Assembly (NCBI GenBank): GCA_963727445.1
Contig: CAVSGI010000020.1
Coordinates: 480,001 to 544,000, forward strand
Direction of reading: 5' to 3'
From: an uncultured delta proteobacterium
Lineage (GTDB): Bacteria; Myxococcota_A; Polyangia; Polyangiales; B10-G4
DNA length: 64,000 nt
Made by a program: the position numbers and the translations under genes. The notes under the pieces were generated by a model. That model was not told the DNA's origin, searched no databases, and was given only the letters and a program-made list of their open reading frames with translations. Shown here in pieces: positions 1 to 9,119 of this stretch; within the stretch, counting starts at the first letter, position 1; each line of letters opens with the position of its first letter.

Positions 1-1214
1 TGGTGAGGGCGCTCTTCTGGTGTTTTACCGCGGCCGCAGCGCGCCCCCGCGCCAGGGCCACCAGCCCCGCGCAGCCGTGGGCCTTCAAGAGCTCGCCGCG
101 CAGCCGCCCGCGCTTCGCCGCCGCGATCGACGCCTCCGCGGCCTCGGTCGCTTCGGGGAAGCGGCAGAGTTTGGCGAAGGTGAGCGCCTCGTGCTGGGCG
201 AGGAGCGAGCGCTGCTCGTCGGGCACGGCCTCCTCGCCGGCCGGGCTCCGGGCGAGGGCGCGCGCCTGCGAGAGGATCGTCGCGCTCTCGTCGGGCGCGC
301 CCAGATGACGGCTCACCGCGCCCATCATCGTCAGCACCTCGACGCGAAGGTCCGGTCGGTAGTCGGGGAGCTCCGAGAGCAGGCGCTCGAGCGGCTCGCG
401 CTGGGTCGGCCAGCGGTAGCCGTCCCAGCCGCTTCGAAAGGTCCGTCGCGCGTCGGCGACCGCGGATTCGGGATCGCGCCGGGTCGTGGGCTGTGCGGCG
501 AGGGCCGCGTCGAGGAGCGCCGCGGTAGTGGCGACGCCCACCACCTCGACCTCCGTACCGCCCGCCGCCGTGCGCACCGAGGCGAGATTGCGGCTCGGCA
601 CGATCGCGCGCGACAGAATCCGCGCGCGAGGCGAGGGATCCTTCGAGCTTGCTCGAGAGCCCGCCGACCGAACCGATCTTGTCGCCGAGGAGCTCGCCGC
701 TCACCAGCGTCGTCGATCGGACGCGCCGCCCGCTGAAGAGCGCCACCGCCGACACGAAGGTCGCGGCGCCGAGAGAGCGACCCGACACGTCGAGGCGCGG
801 CGCCACCGCCGGTTGTGCGAAGGCGAGGCCGTAACGGTCGAGGGGCAGGCGCGGCTCGGCGTGCTCCGCCGCCGCTCGGAGCGCGTCCTCGACTCCCTCG
901 CCCTGGAGGCTCGAGCGCGTCGACACGAAGACCAGGCGAGCGAAGCCGACGCCGGTCTCGGTCACGAACGGAAGGAGCACGGCGTGCGGCGGTACGGGCG
1001 CCGACTGACCCTCGAGGAGGGCGCGCCCGATCCCGAGCGCACGCAGCCGTTCCGCCATCGCCTCCGACACCGCGCCCGGGTCCGAGAGAAGCAGGGCACG
1101 TTCGATGGCGTCGAGGAGGAAGCGCCGCTCGCCGATCCGCTTCGCCGCCGCGTGGCGCGCCACGAGCAGATCCAGCCGACCCGCGATCACCAGCGCTTCG
1201 ATGGGGGTATCCAC
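1..1214 (-). CDS. Lon-type (S16) Ser-Lys protease domain fused to a C-terminal TPR-like helical region; no AAA+ domain; truncated at window edge; +1 frameshift at ~617
   Basis: Manual translation from GTG at 1214 gives MDTPIEAL...DVSGRSLGAATFVSAVALFSGRRVRSTTLVSGELLGDKIGSVGGLSSKLEG, with Ser (774-776) and Lys (648-650) 42 codons apart as in the Lon dyad. After removing one base at GAATC 616-620 it continues RAIVPSRN...EVEVVGVATTAALLDAAL, like the end of Lon_C, then Ala-rich helical repeats. Not in the ORF track because no stop lies inside the window. Confidence 0.75.
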   Translation of the reverse strand, partial: MDTPIEALVIAGRLDLLVARHAAAKRIGERRFLLDAIERALLLSDPGAVSEAMAERLRALGIGRALLEGQSAPVPPHAVLLPFVTETGVGFARLVFVSTRSSLQGEGVEDALRAAAEHAEPRLPLDRYGLAFAQPAVAPRLDVSGRSLGAATFVSAVALFSGRRVRSTTLVSGELLGDKIGSVGGLSSKLEGSLASRADSVARDRAEPQSRLGAHGGGRYGGRGGGRRHYRGAPRRGPRRTAHDPARSRIRGRRRATDLSKRLGRLPLADPARAARAPALGAPRLPTGPSRRGADDDGRGEPSSGRARRERDDPLAGARPRPEPGRRGGRARRAALAPRPARGAHLRQTLPLPRSDRGRGGVDRGGEARAAARRALEGPRLRGAGGPGAGARCGRGKTPEERPH

Positions 1215-1266
1215 TGAGCCCCGAAGAGTAGGGCCTGTGGGCCCGAGCGAGTAAGATCATCGGCCG

Positions 1267-2772
1267 ATGCACCCCCTCACCACCATCCATGCGGCCTTCC
1301 ACGAGCCGCAGACGCGGATCTACAAGGTGGTGAACGTCACGGTCTGGGTGCTGATCGTCCTGTCGGTCGTCCTCCTCGTGGTCGAGCCCTTCCTGGTCGA
1401 GCAGCCGTCTCACGCGCTCAGGTGGTTGGTGGCGATCGACGAGACACTCCTGGCCATCTTCGCGGTGGAGGTGTCCCTGAGGCTCCTCTCCTACCGACCA
1501 CCCGACCTGGACGTCTTTCGGCGGCCGCCGCTCGGCGCGCTCAGGACGCACCTCTGGTCGCGGTTGGCCTTCGCCTGTCAGCCCATGAACGTCGTGGACA
1601 TCATCACGGTGATGTCCTTCGTGCCGGCGCTGCGGAGCCTCCGCGCGCTGCGACTGTTGCGACTGCTCCGGACGATGAAGGTGTTCCGGTACGCCAACCC
1701 CTTCGAGGGTGTGATCCTCGCCATCGAGCGCGACCGGCTGCTCTTCACGCTGGCCTTCGGGTTGCTCCTGGTGGAGGTGGTCCTGGGCGGGGTCAGTATC
1801 TACCTCGTCGAGCGCGTTCAGAACCCGGGCATCAACAGCATCGGCGACGGCGTGTGGTGGGCGCTGGTGACGATCACCACCGTCGGCTTCGGCGACATCA
1901 CGGCGGTCACACCCCTCGGGCGGGTGGTGGCGGGCGTCCTGATGGTCGGCGGCATGTTCATGTTGGCCTTCTTCGCAGGTATCGTCGGCCACAGCCTGCT
2001 CAACACCGTGCTCAGCGTGAGGGAGGAACAGTTCCGGATGTCCGGCTACGTCAATCACATCGTCGTCTGCGGCTTCACCGACGACTCGTCGCTCCTGCTC
2101 GGAGGCCTGTCGGACGAGCTGGACCTCGACAAGACCAAGGTGCTGCTCTTCGCGAACCGGCCGCGGCCCAACTCTCTGCCGCCGCAGTTCATGTGGGTCG
2201 AGGGGGACCCCTCGAAGGAGAGCGAGCTCGACAAGGGGCGGCTCACCCACGCACGCGCCGTGATCCTCGTCGCCGATCACAACGAGCACGGCTCGCAGGC
2301 CGACGCGATGACCATCCTGACGGCGTTCACCATCCGCAGTTACATGGCGAAAAAGCAGAGCTCGGGCGACCGAAAGAACGAGCTCTACGTCATCGCGGAG
2401 ATCCTCGACCCCGAGAACATCGACCACGCGCGCACCGCGGGCATCGACGAGGTCGTGCAGACCCAGCGGGTGGGGATGGACCTCATCACCCACGCGGTGA
2501 CCAACCCCGGAACCGGCGGCCTGATCGCGCAGATCGCGCTCCACACCGAGGCCAGCATCTACGTCGGCCAGGTTCCGGACGCCCTCGAGCTGCCGACGAG
2601 CTATGCCGATGTCGCGGCGCACGTTCGCAAGACGACTGGGGCGCTGGTCATCGGATATCGGCCTTCGATGTCGGACCCTTCGCGGATCAACCCACCCGAC
2701 GACACCCGCATCCAAGCCGGCGGCCTGCTCGTGTATCTGGCCGAAGGGCCGGTGCTCGCCGCCGCGACCTGA
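1267..2772 (+). CDS. 6TM potassium channel with voltage-sensor-like S4 and C-terminal RCK (TrkA-N-like) domain
   Basis: S4-like LRSLRALRLLRLLRTMK; pore helix/filter WWALVTITTVGFGD; RCK start HIVVCGF, then VEGDPS, ARAVIL, IAEILD. Confidence 0.92.
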   Translation: MHPLTTIHAAFHEPQTRIYKVVNVTVWVLIVLSVVLLVVEPFLVEQPSHALRWLVAIDETLLAIFAVEVSLRLLSYRPPDLDVFRRPPLGALRTHLWSRLAFACQPMNVVDIITVMSFVPALRSLRALRLLRLLRTMKVFRYANPFEGVILAIERDRLLFTLAFGLLLVEVVLGGVSIYLVERVQNPGINSIGDGVWWALVTITTVGFGDITAVTPLGRVVAGVLMVGGMFMLAFFAGIVGHSLLNTVLSVREEQFRMSGYVNHIVVCGFTDDSSLLLGGLSDELDLDKTKVLLFANRPRPNSLPPQFMWVEGDPSKESELDKGRLTHARAVILVADHNEHGSQADAMTILTAFTIRSYMAKKQSSGDRKNELYVIAEILDPENIDHARTAGIDEVVQTQRVGMDLITHAVTNPGTGGLIAQIALHTEASIYVGQVPDALELPTSYADVAAHVRKTTGALVIGYRPSMSDPSRINPPDDTRIQAGGLLVYLAEGPVLAAAT

Positions 2773-2779
2773 CGAGGCG

Positions 2780-5026
2780 ATGCGCGTCTCGATAGCAGCA
2801 GTGCTCGTCGCCCTCCTGAGCCTCTCGTGCGGCGACGACGACGAAGCGGCGAGCGGTGATCCGGCGGCGGGTGGCGGAGCCACCGGGTCGGCGCGCGCGG
2901 AGCCCGCGACCGAGGAAGAGACCGGCTTCACCGTACGCTACGACCTGGCCTCGCACCTCATGCGCGCCGAGATGCGTGAAGGCGAGTCGCTGGTGGTGGA
3001 TCTCGGCGCGCCGCGGGGACACCAGCACACCCTCGGCGGCTGGCAGACGCAGCTCGGGGGGGATCATCGCCTCGGCGGGACGAGCGTGCTGATCATCCCG
3101 CGCACGGTCGGTCGGCTCCTGTTGCCGCGGATGGGGCAGGGGACTTTCGAGGTGGCGATTCGGGCTCGCGCCTTCGCGGATGGGCGCACCACCGTCTACC
3201 TGGACGAGCAGACCATCGCCCACGCCACGCTGCCCACCGACGGCGACTACGCGATCATCCGTGCGACGCTCCCCGAGGATGCGCTGGCCGAAGGTGAGCG
3301 CTTCCTACAGCTGCGCGTCGCGAGCGCCGGGAGCGCGCCGGGGGTCGGCAGCGCTGGGCTCGCCCTCGACTGGATGCGGATCGGTCCCGCGGGCACGACC
3401 TTCCGCGAGACCCCGCCGCCGACGGCCGAGGCGATGGTCGACGACGCGGGGCGGCTCACGATCCCCGAGGGGACGAGCGTCGCTTGGAGCTTCGAGGTGC
3501 TGCCTGGCGCGCGCCTGCGCGCGGTGCCGAGCGGCGAAGGGAGCGTCGTCGCGCGGGTGAGCACCGATGAAGGCGTGCCGCGAAGCACCACGCTCGACGC
3601 AGGGGAGGATGGAGCTCTGCTTCTCGACCTCGGGGCCCACGCCGGCGAAGTGGTGCGCGTCGACCTGAGCACCGAAGGCGAGGTGGCCCTCGCCGAGCCC
3701 GCGATCGTGACGCCCGGCGAGGCTCGCCCGGCATCGCGGCCGCCGGCGCCCACGAACGTCGTGGTCTACCTGGTGGACACCCTGCGCGCCGACAAGCTTC
3801 GCATCTACGCGCCCGAGACGCGGGTGCGCACGCCGGGGCTCTCGGCGTGGGCCGAGGCGGGGGCGGCGATCTTCGATCGCGGCCACAGCCAGGAGAACTG
3901 GACCAAGCCCTCGGTGGCGACGCTCCTGTCGGGCTTGATGCCCTGGGAGCACAACGCGACCGCGGACGACGCGGTGCTGCCGGGGAGCGTGGCGCTGTTG
4001 TCGGAGATCCTGAAGGACGCGGGCTTTCACACCGGCGCTTTCATCGCCAACGGCTACGTCTCGGACAAGTTCGGCTTCCGCCAGGGCTTCGACTCGTTTC
4101 GCAACTACATCCGGGAGGGGCGCCGCACCCAGGCACGCTTCGTCGCGGCGGACGTACTCGGATGGCTCGACGATCGTCCGGAGGATCAGCCCTTCTTCCT
4201 CTACATCCACACCATCGACCCCCACGTCCCCTACATGCCTCCGGAGGACGTGCTCAGGACCTATGATCCCGACCCCTACGAGGGGCCCGTCGACTTCGCG
4301 CGCGACCGGGAGACCCTCGAGAAGATCAAGAGCGGCGCGCTCCACGTGAACGACCGTGACAAGGCGCGCCTCGAGGCGCTCTACGACGGGGAGATCACCT
4401 ACCACGACGTCCACTTCGCTTCGATCGTCGAGGGGCTTTCGCGCCGCGGCCTCGCGGGCGACACGCTGGTGGTCTTCACCGCCGACCACGGCGAGGAATT
4501 CTTCGACCACGGCTCGGTGGGCCATGGGCACTCCGTCTACGAGGAGCTCCTGAATGTTCCCCTGGTGATCCGCATCCCGGGCCTCGACGGGGCTGGCGCA
4601 CACGTCGAGGAGGCGGCCGGCCTCGTCGACGTCGCGCCCACCATCCTCGACGCGCTCCATCGTCCGATCCCGGAAGAGATGTCCGGCCGCTCACTCCTGC
4701 CGCTGCTCTCGGGGGAGCCGGAGCGCGCACCGAGGCCGACGGTCAGCGGGTTCATGAACGGTTGGCGCACGATCGTGGTCGGCCGTTACAAGCTCATTCA
4801 GCGCACGGCCTCCCGCATGATGCTCTACGACCTCGAGGCCGACCCGGACGAGATGCACGACCTCGCCGAGGCGCGCCCGCTGACGCTTCGCTATCTCCGC
4901 GGTCTGCTCGGCCTGGTGCTCGCCGGCGCGCACGAGTCCCACGCCGCCGAGCACACGGAGATCGACGCCGAGACCGAGGCGCAGCTCCGCGCGCTCGGCT
5001 ACGTGGGCACCTCGAGGCCCGAGTAG
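2780..5026 (+). CDS. Sulfatase/alkaline-phosphatase-superfamily lipoprotein with N-terminal beta-rich region
   Basis: Lipobox LSLSC after ATG 2780; NVVVYLVDTLRAD, NWTKPSVATLLSG, DPHVPY, TADHGEEF..H..GHG, LYDLEADPDE, QLRALGY. Confidence 0.88.
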   Translation: MRVSIAAVLVALLSLSCGDDDEAASGDPAAGGGATGSARAEPATEEETGFTVRYDLASHLMRAEMREGESLVVDLGAPRGHQHTLGGWQTQLGGDHRLGGTSVLIIPRTVGRLLLPRMGQGTFEVAIRARAFADGRTTVYLDEQTIAHATLPTDGDYAIIRATLPEDALAEGERFLQLRVASAGSAPGVGSAGLALDWMRIGPAGTTFRETPPPTAEAMVDDAGRLTIPEGTSVAWSFEVLPGARLRAVPSGEGSVVARVSTDEGVPRSTTLDAGEDGALLLDLGAHAGEVVRVDLSTEGEVALAEPAIVTPGEARPASRPPAPTNVVVYLVDTLRADKLRIYAPETRVRTPGLSAWAEAGAAIFDRGHSQENWTKPSVATLLSGLMPWEHNATADDAVLPGSVALLSEILKDAGFHTGAFIANGYVSDKFGFRQGFDSFRNYIREGRRTQARFVAADVLGWLDDRPEDQPFFLYIHTIDPHVPYMPPEDVLRTYDPDPYEGPVDFARDRETLEKIKSGALHVNDRDKARLEALYDGEITYHDVHFASIVEGLSRRGLAGDTLVVFTADHGEEFFDHGSVGHGHSVYEELLNVPLVIRIPGLDGAGAHVEEAAGLVDVAPTILDALHRPIPEEMSGRSLLPLLSGEPERAPRPTVSGFMNGWRTIVVGRYKLIQRTASRMMLYDLEADPDEMHDLAEARPLTLRYLRGLLGLVLAGAHESHAAEHTEIDAETEAQLRALGYVGTSRPE

Positions 5027-5034
5027 GCTGGTGC

Positions 5035-5592
5035 CTAGAAGTTCAGACCTATCTGGAAGCCGAAGGGGTAGCTGACCCGAAAGAGCAGGGCGAGGCGCGG
5101 GGGTGCGAAATGCCAGCGCGCGCCGAAGCTCACCAGCGGCGATGGGCTCGCGCACACCCCTCGGACGCCCATCCCTTTGTCGCAATCGTAGATCCCCACC
5201 GTGAGCCCCAGCTCGGGAAAGAGCGACCACTTGTCGTTCACGTAGAAGTTCCACTGGGCCGCGACCTCGGGCCAGATGCTCCAGTCCCCCCAGCATCCAT
5301 AGCGGTTGCAGCGCCGGGCGCCGTTCCATCCGTCCCAGTTCACGAACATCGCTTCGCCGCCGAAGGTGATGGCGAACTCGTCCTCTACGCGGCCGTTGAT
5401 GAAGCCGTCGGGCACGATGGGGATGTCGACCCGGAAGCCCGCGCCGAAGGCCCACCACCAGCCCAGGTCACCATGGACGTCGAAGCGCACCCCGTCGATC
5501 TTGTTGTTTCGCTGCGCTTCGACGGTCGAGGCCGAGGCGAGGCTCGTCGCGACCGCTGCGAAGGCTACGGCTAGAATCGTCGTTCGTTTCAT
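5035..5592 (-). CDS. Secreted hypothetical protein, probable outer-membrane beta-barrel
   Basis: Signal peptide (VEA/Q), alternating amphipathic strands, terminal Phe (GFQIGLNF); overlaps the upstream gene by 4 nt. Confidence 0.7.
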   Translation of the reverse strand: MKRTTILAVAFAAVATSLASASTVEAQRNNKIDGVRFDVHGDLGWWWAFGAGFRVDIPIVPDGFINGRVEDEFAITFGGEAMFVNWDGWNGARRCNRYGCWGDWSIWPEVAAQWNFYVNDKWSLFPELGLTVGIYDCDKGMGVRGVCASPSPLVSFGARWHFAPPRLALLFRVSYPFGFQIGLNF

Positions 5593-6287
5593 CGGTGTCC
5601 CCTCATGCCGTGATGCCGGTGATGCCGGTGTCCGAAGCCGCGCGGGCGTGGGCCATGATGCCCCATATGCCGTCCGTGGTGGTGGTCGTCTTCGTACTCG
5701 AAGACGACCACGCCGGGCGGTGCGGGGACGCCGAGCTGGACGTCGATGCGCGCCCTCGGGACGGGTGCGTCGACGACGACCTGGGCGCTCGGCGCCACCG
5801 GCTGCTGCACCACCACCTGCGCCCGCGGCCGGCGGTGCCGGTGGCCGCGCACCACGACCAGGGTGTCGAGGGAGCCGCGATAGGCCCGATCGTCGACGAC
5901 ATACACCACCTGGGTCGGCCCGGGCACGATCGTCGGTCCCCGAAGCACACCGTAATAGCGGCCATCATCCCAGGCGAGCATCACCGGGCGTGGGCCCTGG
6001 GCGGTCTGCACCGTGACCGTGAGCTGCGCGCCCGGGGCGGGTGGGACGTCGTTGACGACGTAGGCCTCGATCACGCCGTCGGCGTGCGGCACCACCTCGA
6101 CGGGATGCGGTCCCGCCGTGACCACGGTTCCGCCATGGCTCGCCTGAAGCTGCACCGGGGGCGGTGTCGCCTCCACGGTGACGGACGCCGGGGCGTTCAT
6201 CAGGGGCGGGGGTTCGGGCTCGTCCTGGCAGCCGCCAGCCGTGAGGAGGGCGGATAGCAGGAGCATGCGGAGGATGTTTCCATGCAT
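5589..6287 (-). CDS. Hypothetical lipoprotein with His/Gly-rich C-terminus
   Basis: Lipobox-like TAGGC; HGGTVV..G.HPVEVV; tail DDHHHGRHMGHHG...HRHHRHHG. Confidence 0.7.
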   Translation of the reverse strand: MHGNILRMLLLSALLTAGGCQDEPEPPPLMNAPASVTVEATPPPVQLQASHGGTVVTAGPHPVEVVPHADGVIEAYVVNDVPPAPGAQLTVTVQTAQGPRPVMLAWDDGRYYGVLRGPTIVPGPTQVVYVVDDRAYRGSLDTLVVVRGHRHRRPRAQVVVQQPVAPSAQVVVDAPVPRARIDVQLGVPAPPGVVVFEYEDDHHHGRHMGHHGPRPRGFGHRHHRHHGMRGHR

Positions 6288-6354
6288 GCCGAGATGTATA
6301 GCATCGTATCTACAATCGATGCCAGGGGATGGTTTTTGGGCGGAATTTTGTGTT

Positions 6355-6382
6355 TTGACGGGATGGCGCCATGTGCTATATA
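6355..6382 (+). promoter_or_regulatory. Candidate sigma70 promoter for the XRE regulator
   Basis: TTGACG-16nt-TATATA with TG upstream of the -10, in an AT-rich intergenic region; 6-bp inverted repeat GCATCG-N10-CGATGC at 6301-6322. Confidence 0.45.
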
Positions 6383-6393
6383 GAAAAAGTCGT

Positions 6394-6846
6394 ATGCAAG
6401 ATGGTGGTCAGGTGGGGGCGCGGATCCGCGAGGCTCGGCAGCAGCGTGGGCTGAACAAGAATCAGCTCGCCCGTGCCCTGGGGACGTCCTGGCAGCACCT
6501 CGACAACTGGGAGAAGGGGAAGGTGGAACCGAGCCTCGGCTCCATCCGCAAGCTCTCCGAGGTGCTGGGGGTGAGCGCGGATTACCTCCTCGGTCTCGGC
6601 GACGCCGCGGCGCCGCGCCGCTCCGCGATCGACGAGTTCTTCGCGACCCTCGCACCCCCCGATCTCACGCCCGAGGAAGAGCACTGGCTGCGCAACGCTC
6701 CGGTGGACCATCAGCATCTCGATCCCGCGGACTACGCGCAGCTCCTCGACGGCGTCCGCCAGCCGGCGAGCCGCACGGCGGCCAAGTCGGGGGCGCGGCC
6801 GAGGATCGATCGCGGCGCGCTCGTGAAGAAGATCGCCGGCGAGTGA
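6394..6846 (+). CDS. XRE/HTH_3 family transcriptional regulator
   Basis: RIREARQQRGLNKNQLARALGTSWQHLDNWEKGKVEPSLGSIRKLSEVLGVSADYLL. Confidence 0.9.
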   Translation: MQDGGQVGARIREARQQRGLNKNQLARALGTSWQHLDNWEKGKVEPSLGSIRKLSEVLGVSADYLLGLGDAAAPRRSAIDEFFATLAPPDLTPEEEHWLRNAPVDHQHLDPADYAQLLDGVRQPASRTAAKSGARPRIDRGALVKKIAGE

Positions 6847-7860
6847 TCAAGCGAGCGGCGTGACCTCCACCCGCTCCGTCCTTCCGCCGCGGCGCATGAA
6901 GTACTCGAAGCCCGGTTTCAGAGCGGCGGCGCCGACGCTTCCATCACGACCGATCGCCAGGTAAGCGACTTGCGCTTCAGCGAGCGCACCTCCCCGGCGC
7001 CGGACGAGGCGCCGGAGGACGCCCTCGATCGCCTGCTGCGGCGCGACGCCGTTGCGCATCGCTTCGACGATGGCGAAGCTGCCGCAGGTGCGGATCACCT
7101 CTTCGCCCACCCCCGTCGCGCAGGCGGCGCCGACCTCTGCGTCGGCGTAGCCCCCCGCGCCCACGAGCGGCGAGTCGCCCACGCGCCCGGGCAGCTTGAA
7201 GGCCAGCCCCGAGGTGCTCACGCCCGCCACCACCTCGCCAGACGCATCGACGCCGAGGGCGCCGACGGTGTCGTGATTCTCCTCGGCGTCCAGGCGCATC
7301 GGGCTGCGGCCACCCGTCTCCTCCACCCACTCTCGGTAGCGGGCCTGCGCCGCCTCACCGCGAATGTCGTGGCGCTCGAAGCCCTCCTCGACGGCGAAGG
7401 CCTGGGCGCCAGCGCCGACGAGGAGGATGTGGCGCGTGTGTTCCATGACCTTTCGCGCGACCGCTATCGGGTTTTCGATCTCCTCGAGCGCGCCCACCGC
7501 GCCGGCCTCGAGGGTCGAGCCCTTCATCATCATGGCGTCGAGCTGCACCACGCCGGCTTCGTTCGGGTAGCCGCCGGCGCCGACCGTCAGGACTTCGGGG
7601 TCGCTCTCCACCGCCATCACGCCTGCCTGGATCGCGTCGAGGAGCGAGCCGGTCTCGCGAAATTTCTCGGCGCCGCGATCGCAGACCGTCTCGCCCCAGC
7701 TCCAGGTGGAGACGAGGACGAGGTGATCCTCGGAGTGGCCGTTCGCCTGCGCCGGGGGCGTCGGGTCGTGTCGCGTTTGGCGTCCGCCGCAGTCGCAAGA
7801 GGCGAGGGGCAGGCCGGTGGCAGCGATGGCGGAGTCACGGAGAAATCGTCGGCGTCGCAT
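6847..7860 (-). CDS. Ntn-hydrolase, glycosylasparaginase / isoaspartyl peptidase family, Tat-exported
   Basis: Tat leader MRRRRFLRDSA; VGAGGYPN..G.VQLDA; autocleavage site HDTVG; STSG, GRVGDSP, ATG.GE. Confidence 0.9.
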   Translation of the reverse strand: MRRRRFLRDSAIAATGLPLASCDCGGRQTRHDPTPPAQANGHSEDHLVLVSTWSWGETVCDRGAEKFRETGSLLDAIQAGVMAVESDPEVLTVGAGGYPNEAGVVQLDAMMMKGSTLEAGAVGALEEIENPIAVARKVMEHTRHILLVGAGAQAFAVEEGFERHDIRGEAAQARYREWVEETGGRSPMRLDAEENHDTVGALGVDASGEVVAGVSTSGLAFKLPGRVGDSPLVGAGGYADAEVGAACATGVGEEVIRTCGSFAIVEAMRNGVAPQQAIEGVLRRLVRRRGGALAEAQVAYLAIGRDGSVGAAALKPGFEYFMRRGGRTERVEVTPLA

Positions 7861-7911
7861 GGGCGCTACTCTACTCCCGCTCGCGTCTGGTATGACGTTG
7901 GCGTGGGGAGC

Positions 7912-9042
7912 ATGCTGCGCGCGGTCGCGATCCTGGCCGTCAGCCTCGTGGCGTCGGCCTGCGGCTCCAAGACGGGGATCCTCTCGGTCGACACCGAGAT
8001 GGACTCGGCGGTGGTCGATGCGGTGCCGCCCGACGTCTTCGACACCTTCCCCTGCCGGTGGAGCTACGGGCAGCCGATCCTCCTCGGCACGCTGGGGGGT
8101 GACGAGGGCACGTGGACGAATCTCGACGGGGCCGTCCAGGGTGGCGCGGACACGGTGTGGGTCCATGCGAACGCGAGCAGTGGCCCGCGGCGCGTCGATC
8201 AACGTCTCTCGCTCAGCGATCCCCCGCGCATGCTCGACCCGCCCCCCGCCGACGTGCGCCACCCACACCTGCACGGGCTCGCCGACGGATGGGCGTCGCT
8301 CGCGGACGACTGCTCGGTGGGTTTCTTCGACGCGGATGGGCGCGCCCGACGGCTCGTGCTCCCGGCGAGCTTCGACCCTCCGTGTGTGTTGTCGAACCTG
8401 AGCGCCGACTTCATCGACGTGACCTTCGGCGGCGCGACCACGACGGTGGAGAGACACGACGGCGGCGGGGGTTTGGTCTTCTCCGAGAGCATCGGCTCCC
8501 TCGGTTTGCCCAGCCCCTCCGTCGTGTCGTCCGATGGTCGCTTCCTCATCGCCTTCGGCAGCGTGCCCGATGGCAACTTTCTCCATCTGGTGTCGTTCGA
8601 TACCCGGACCCGGCGTCAGACTGAGGCCGAGGTGATGACCAGTGTCGATGCACCCCGGGCCTCGACCGCGCTGGACCGACTCCGCGCCGCCGCCCTCTTC
8701 CTCATAGAAGATGGAGCGGGCGCCAATCTGTTTCGGGTTGGCTTCGATCCCGCTGACTTCTCCCCCGAGGTCTTCGCCAGAGCGTCGGCACCGCCGATCG
8801 GCATGACTGGCGCGCTGGTCACGAACGAAACCGAGGCGCTGATGGCCCTCGAAGGCGGCGTGATCGCCATTCAGCCCCTGAGCGGATCGGCCATGCGCTC
8901 CCTCGATCCACCCGCTCCGGGGATCACCGACATGCGCATCCTGCTCTCCCCCGGCGAGAGCCGCGGCGGCGTGCTCTACAGCTACGTCGACCCGGACGCC
9001 GCGACGGCCCTCGAGTTCCGCATGCTCGTTTGCAATCGGTAG
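7912..9042 (+). CDS. Hypothetical lipoprotein, probable beta-propeller-like
   Basis: MLRAVAILAVSLVASACGSKTG lipobox, GGGAG upstream, GC3-biased codons. Confidence 0.7.
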   Translation: MLRAVAILAVSLVASACGSKTGILSVDTEMDSAVVDAVPPDVFDTFPCRWSYGQPILLGTLGGDEGTWTNLDGAVQGGADTVWVHANASSGPRRVDQRLSLSDPPRMLDPPPADVRHPHLHGLADGWASLADDCSVGFFDADGRARRLVLPASFDPPCVLSNLSADFIDVTFGGATTTVERHDGGGGLVFSESIGSLGLPSPSVVSSDGRFLIAFGSVPDGNFLHLVSFDTRTRRQTEAEVMTSVDAPRASTALDRLRAAALFLIEDGAGANLFRVGFDPADFSPEVFARASAPPIGMTGALVTNETEALMALEGGVIAIQPLSGSAMRSLDPPAPGITDMRILLSPGESRGGVLYSYVDPDAATALEFRMLVCNR

Positions 9043-9086
9043 GTGTGCCCCCGCGCCCTCGACCCAACACCTTTTCTGTTTGATCA

Positions 9087-9115
9087 TCAATAATGAATGA
9101 GGTATTCATTATTGA
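9087..9115. promoter_or_regulatory. Probable TetR operator (12-bp perfect inverted repeat)
   Basis: TCAATAATGAAT-gaggt-ATTCATTATTGA immediately upstream of the TetR start. Confidence 0.8.
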
Positions 9116-9119
9116 CGAC

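Noticed and set aside
331..2931. 866-aa minus-strand ORF and similar long ORFs (15208-17484 -, 30603-33626 +, 42272-45250 +, 50327-52549 +, 52721-54667 +)
   Set aside because: Antisense shadows of real genes, expected at ~70% GC; no recognisable motifs.
2603..9119. Upstream-extended starts in the ORF track (2603, 6178, 6970, 9090, 9093)
   Set aside because: They overlap neighbouring genes or the operator; downstream starts fit signal peptides and domain boundaries better.
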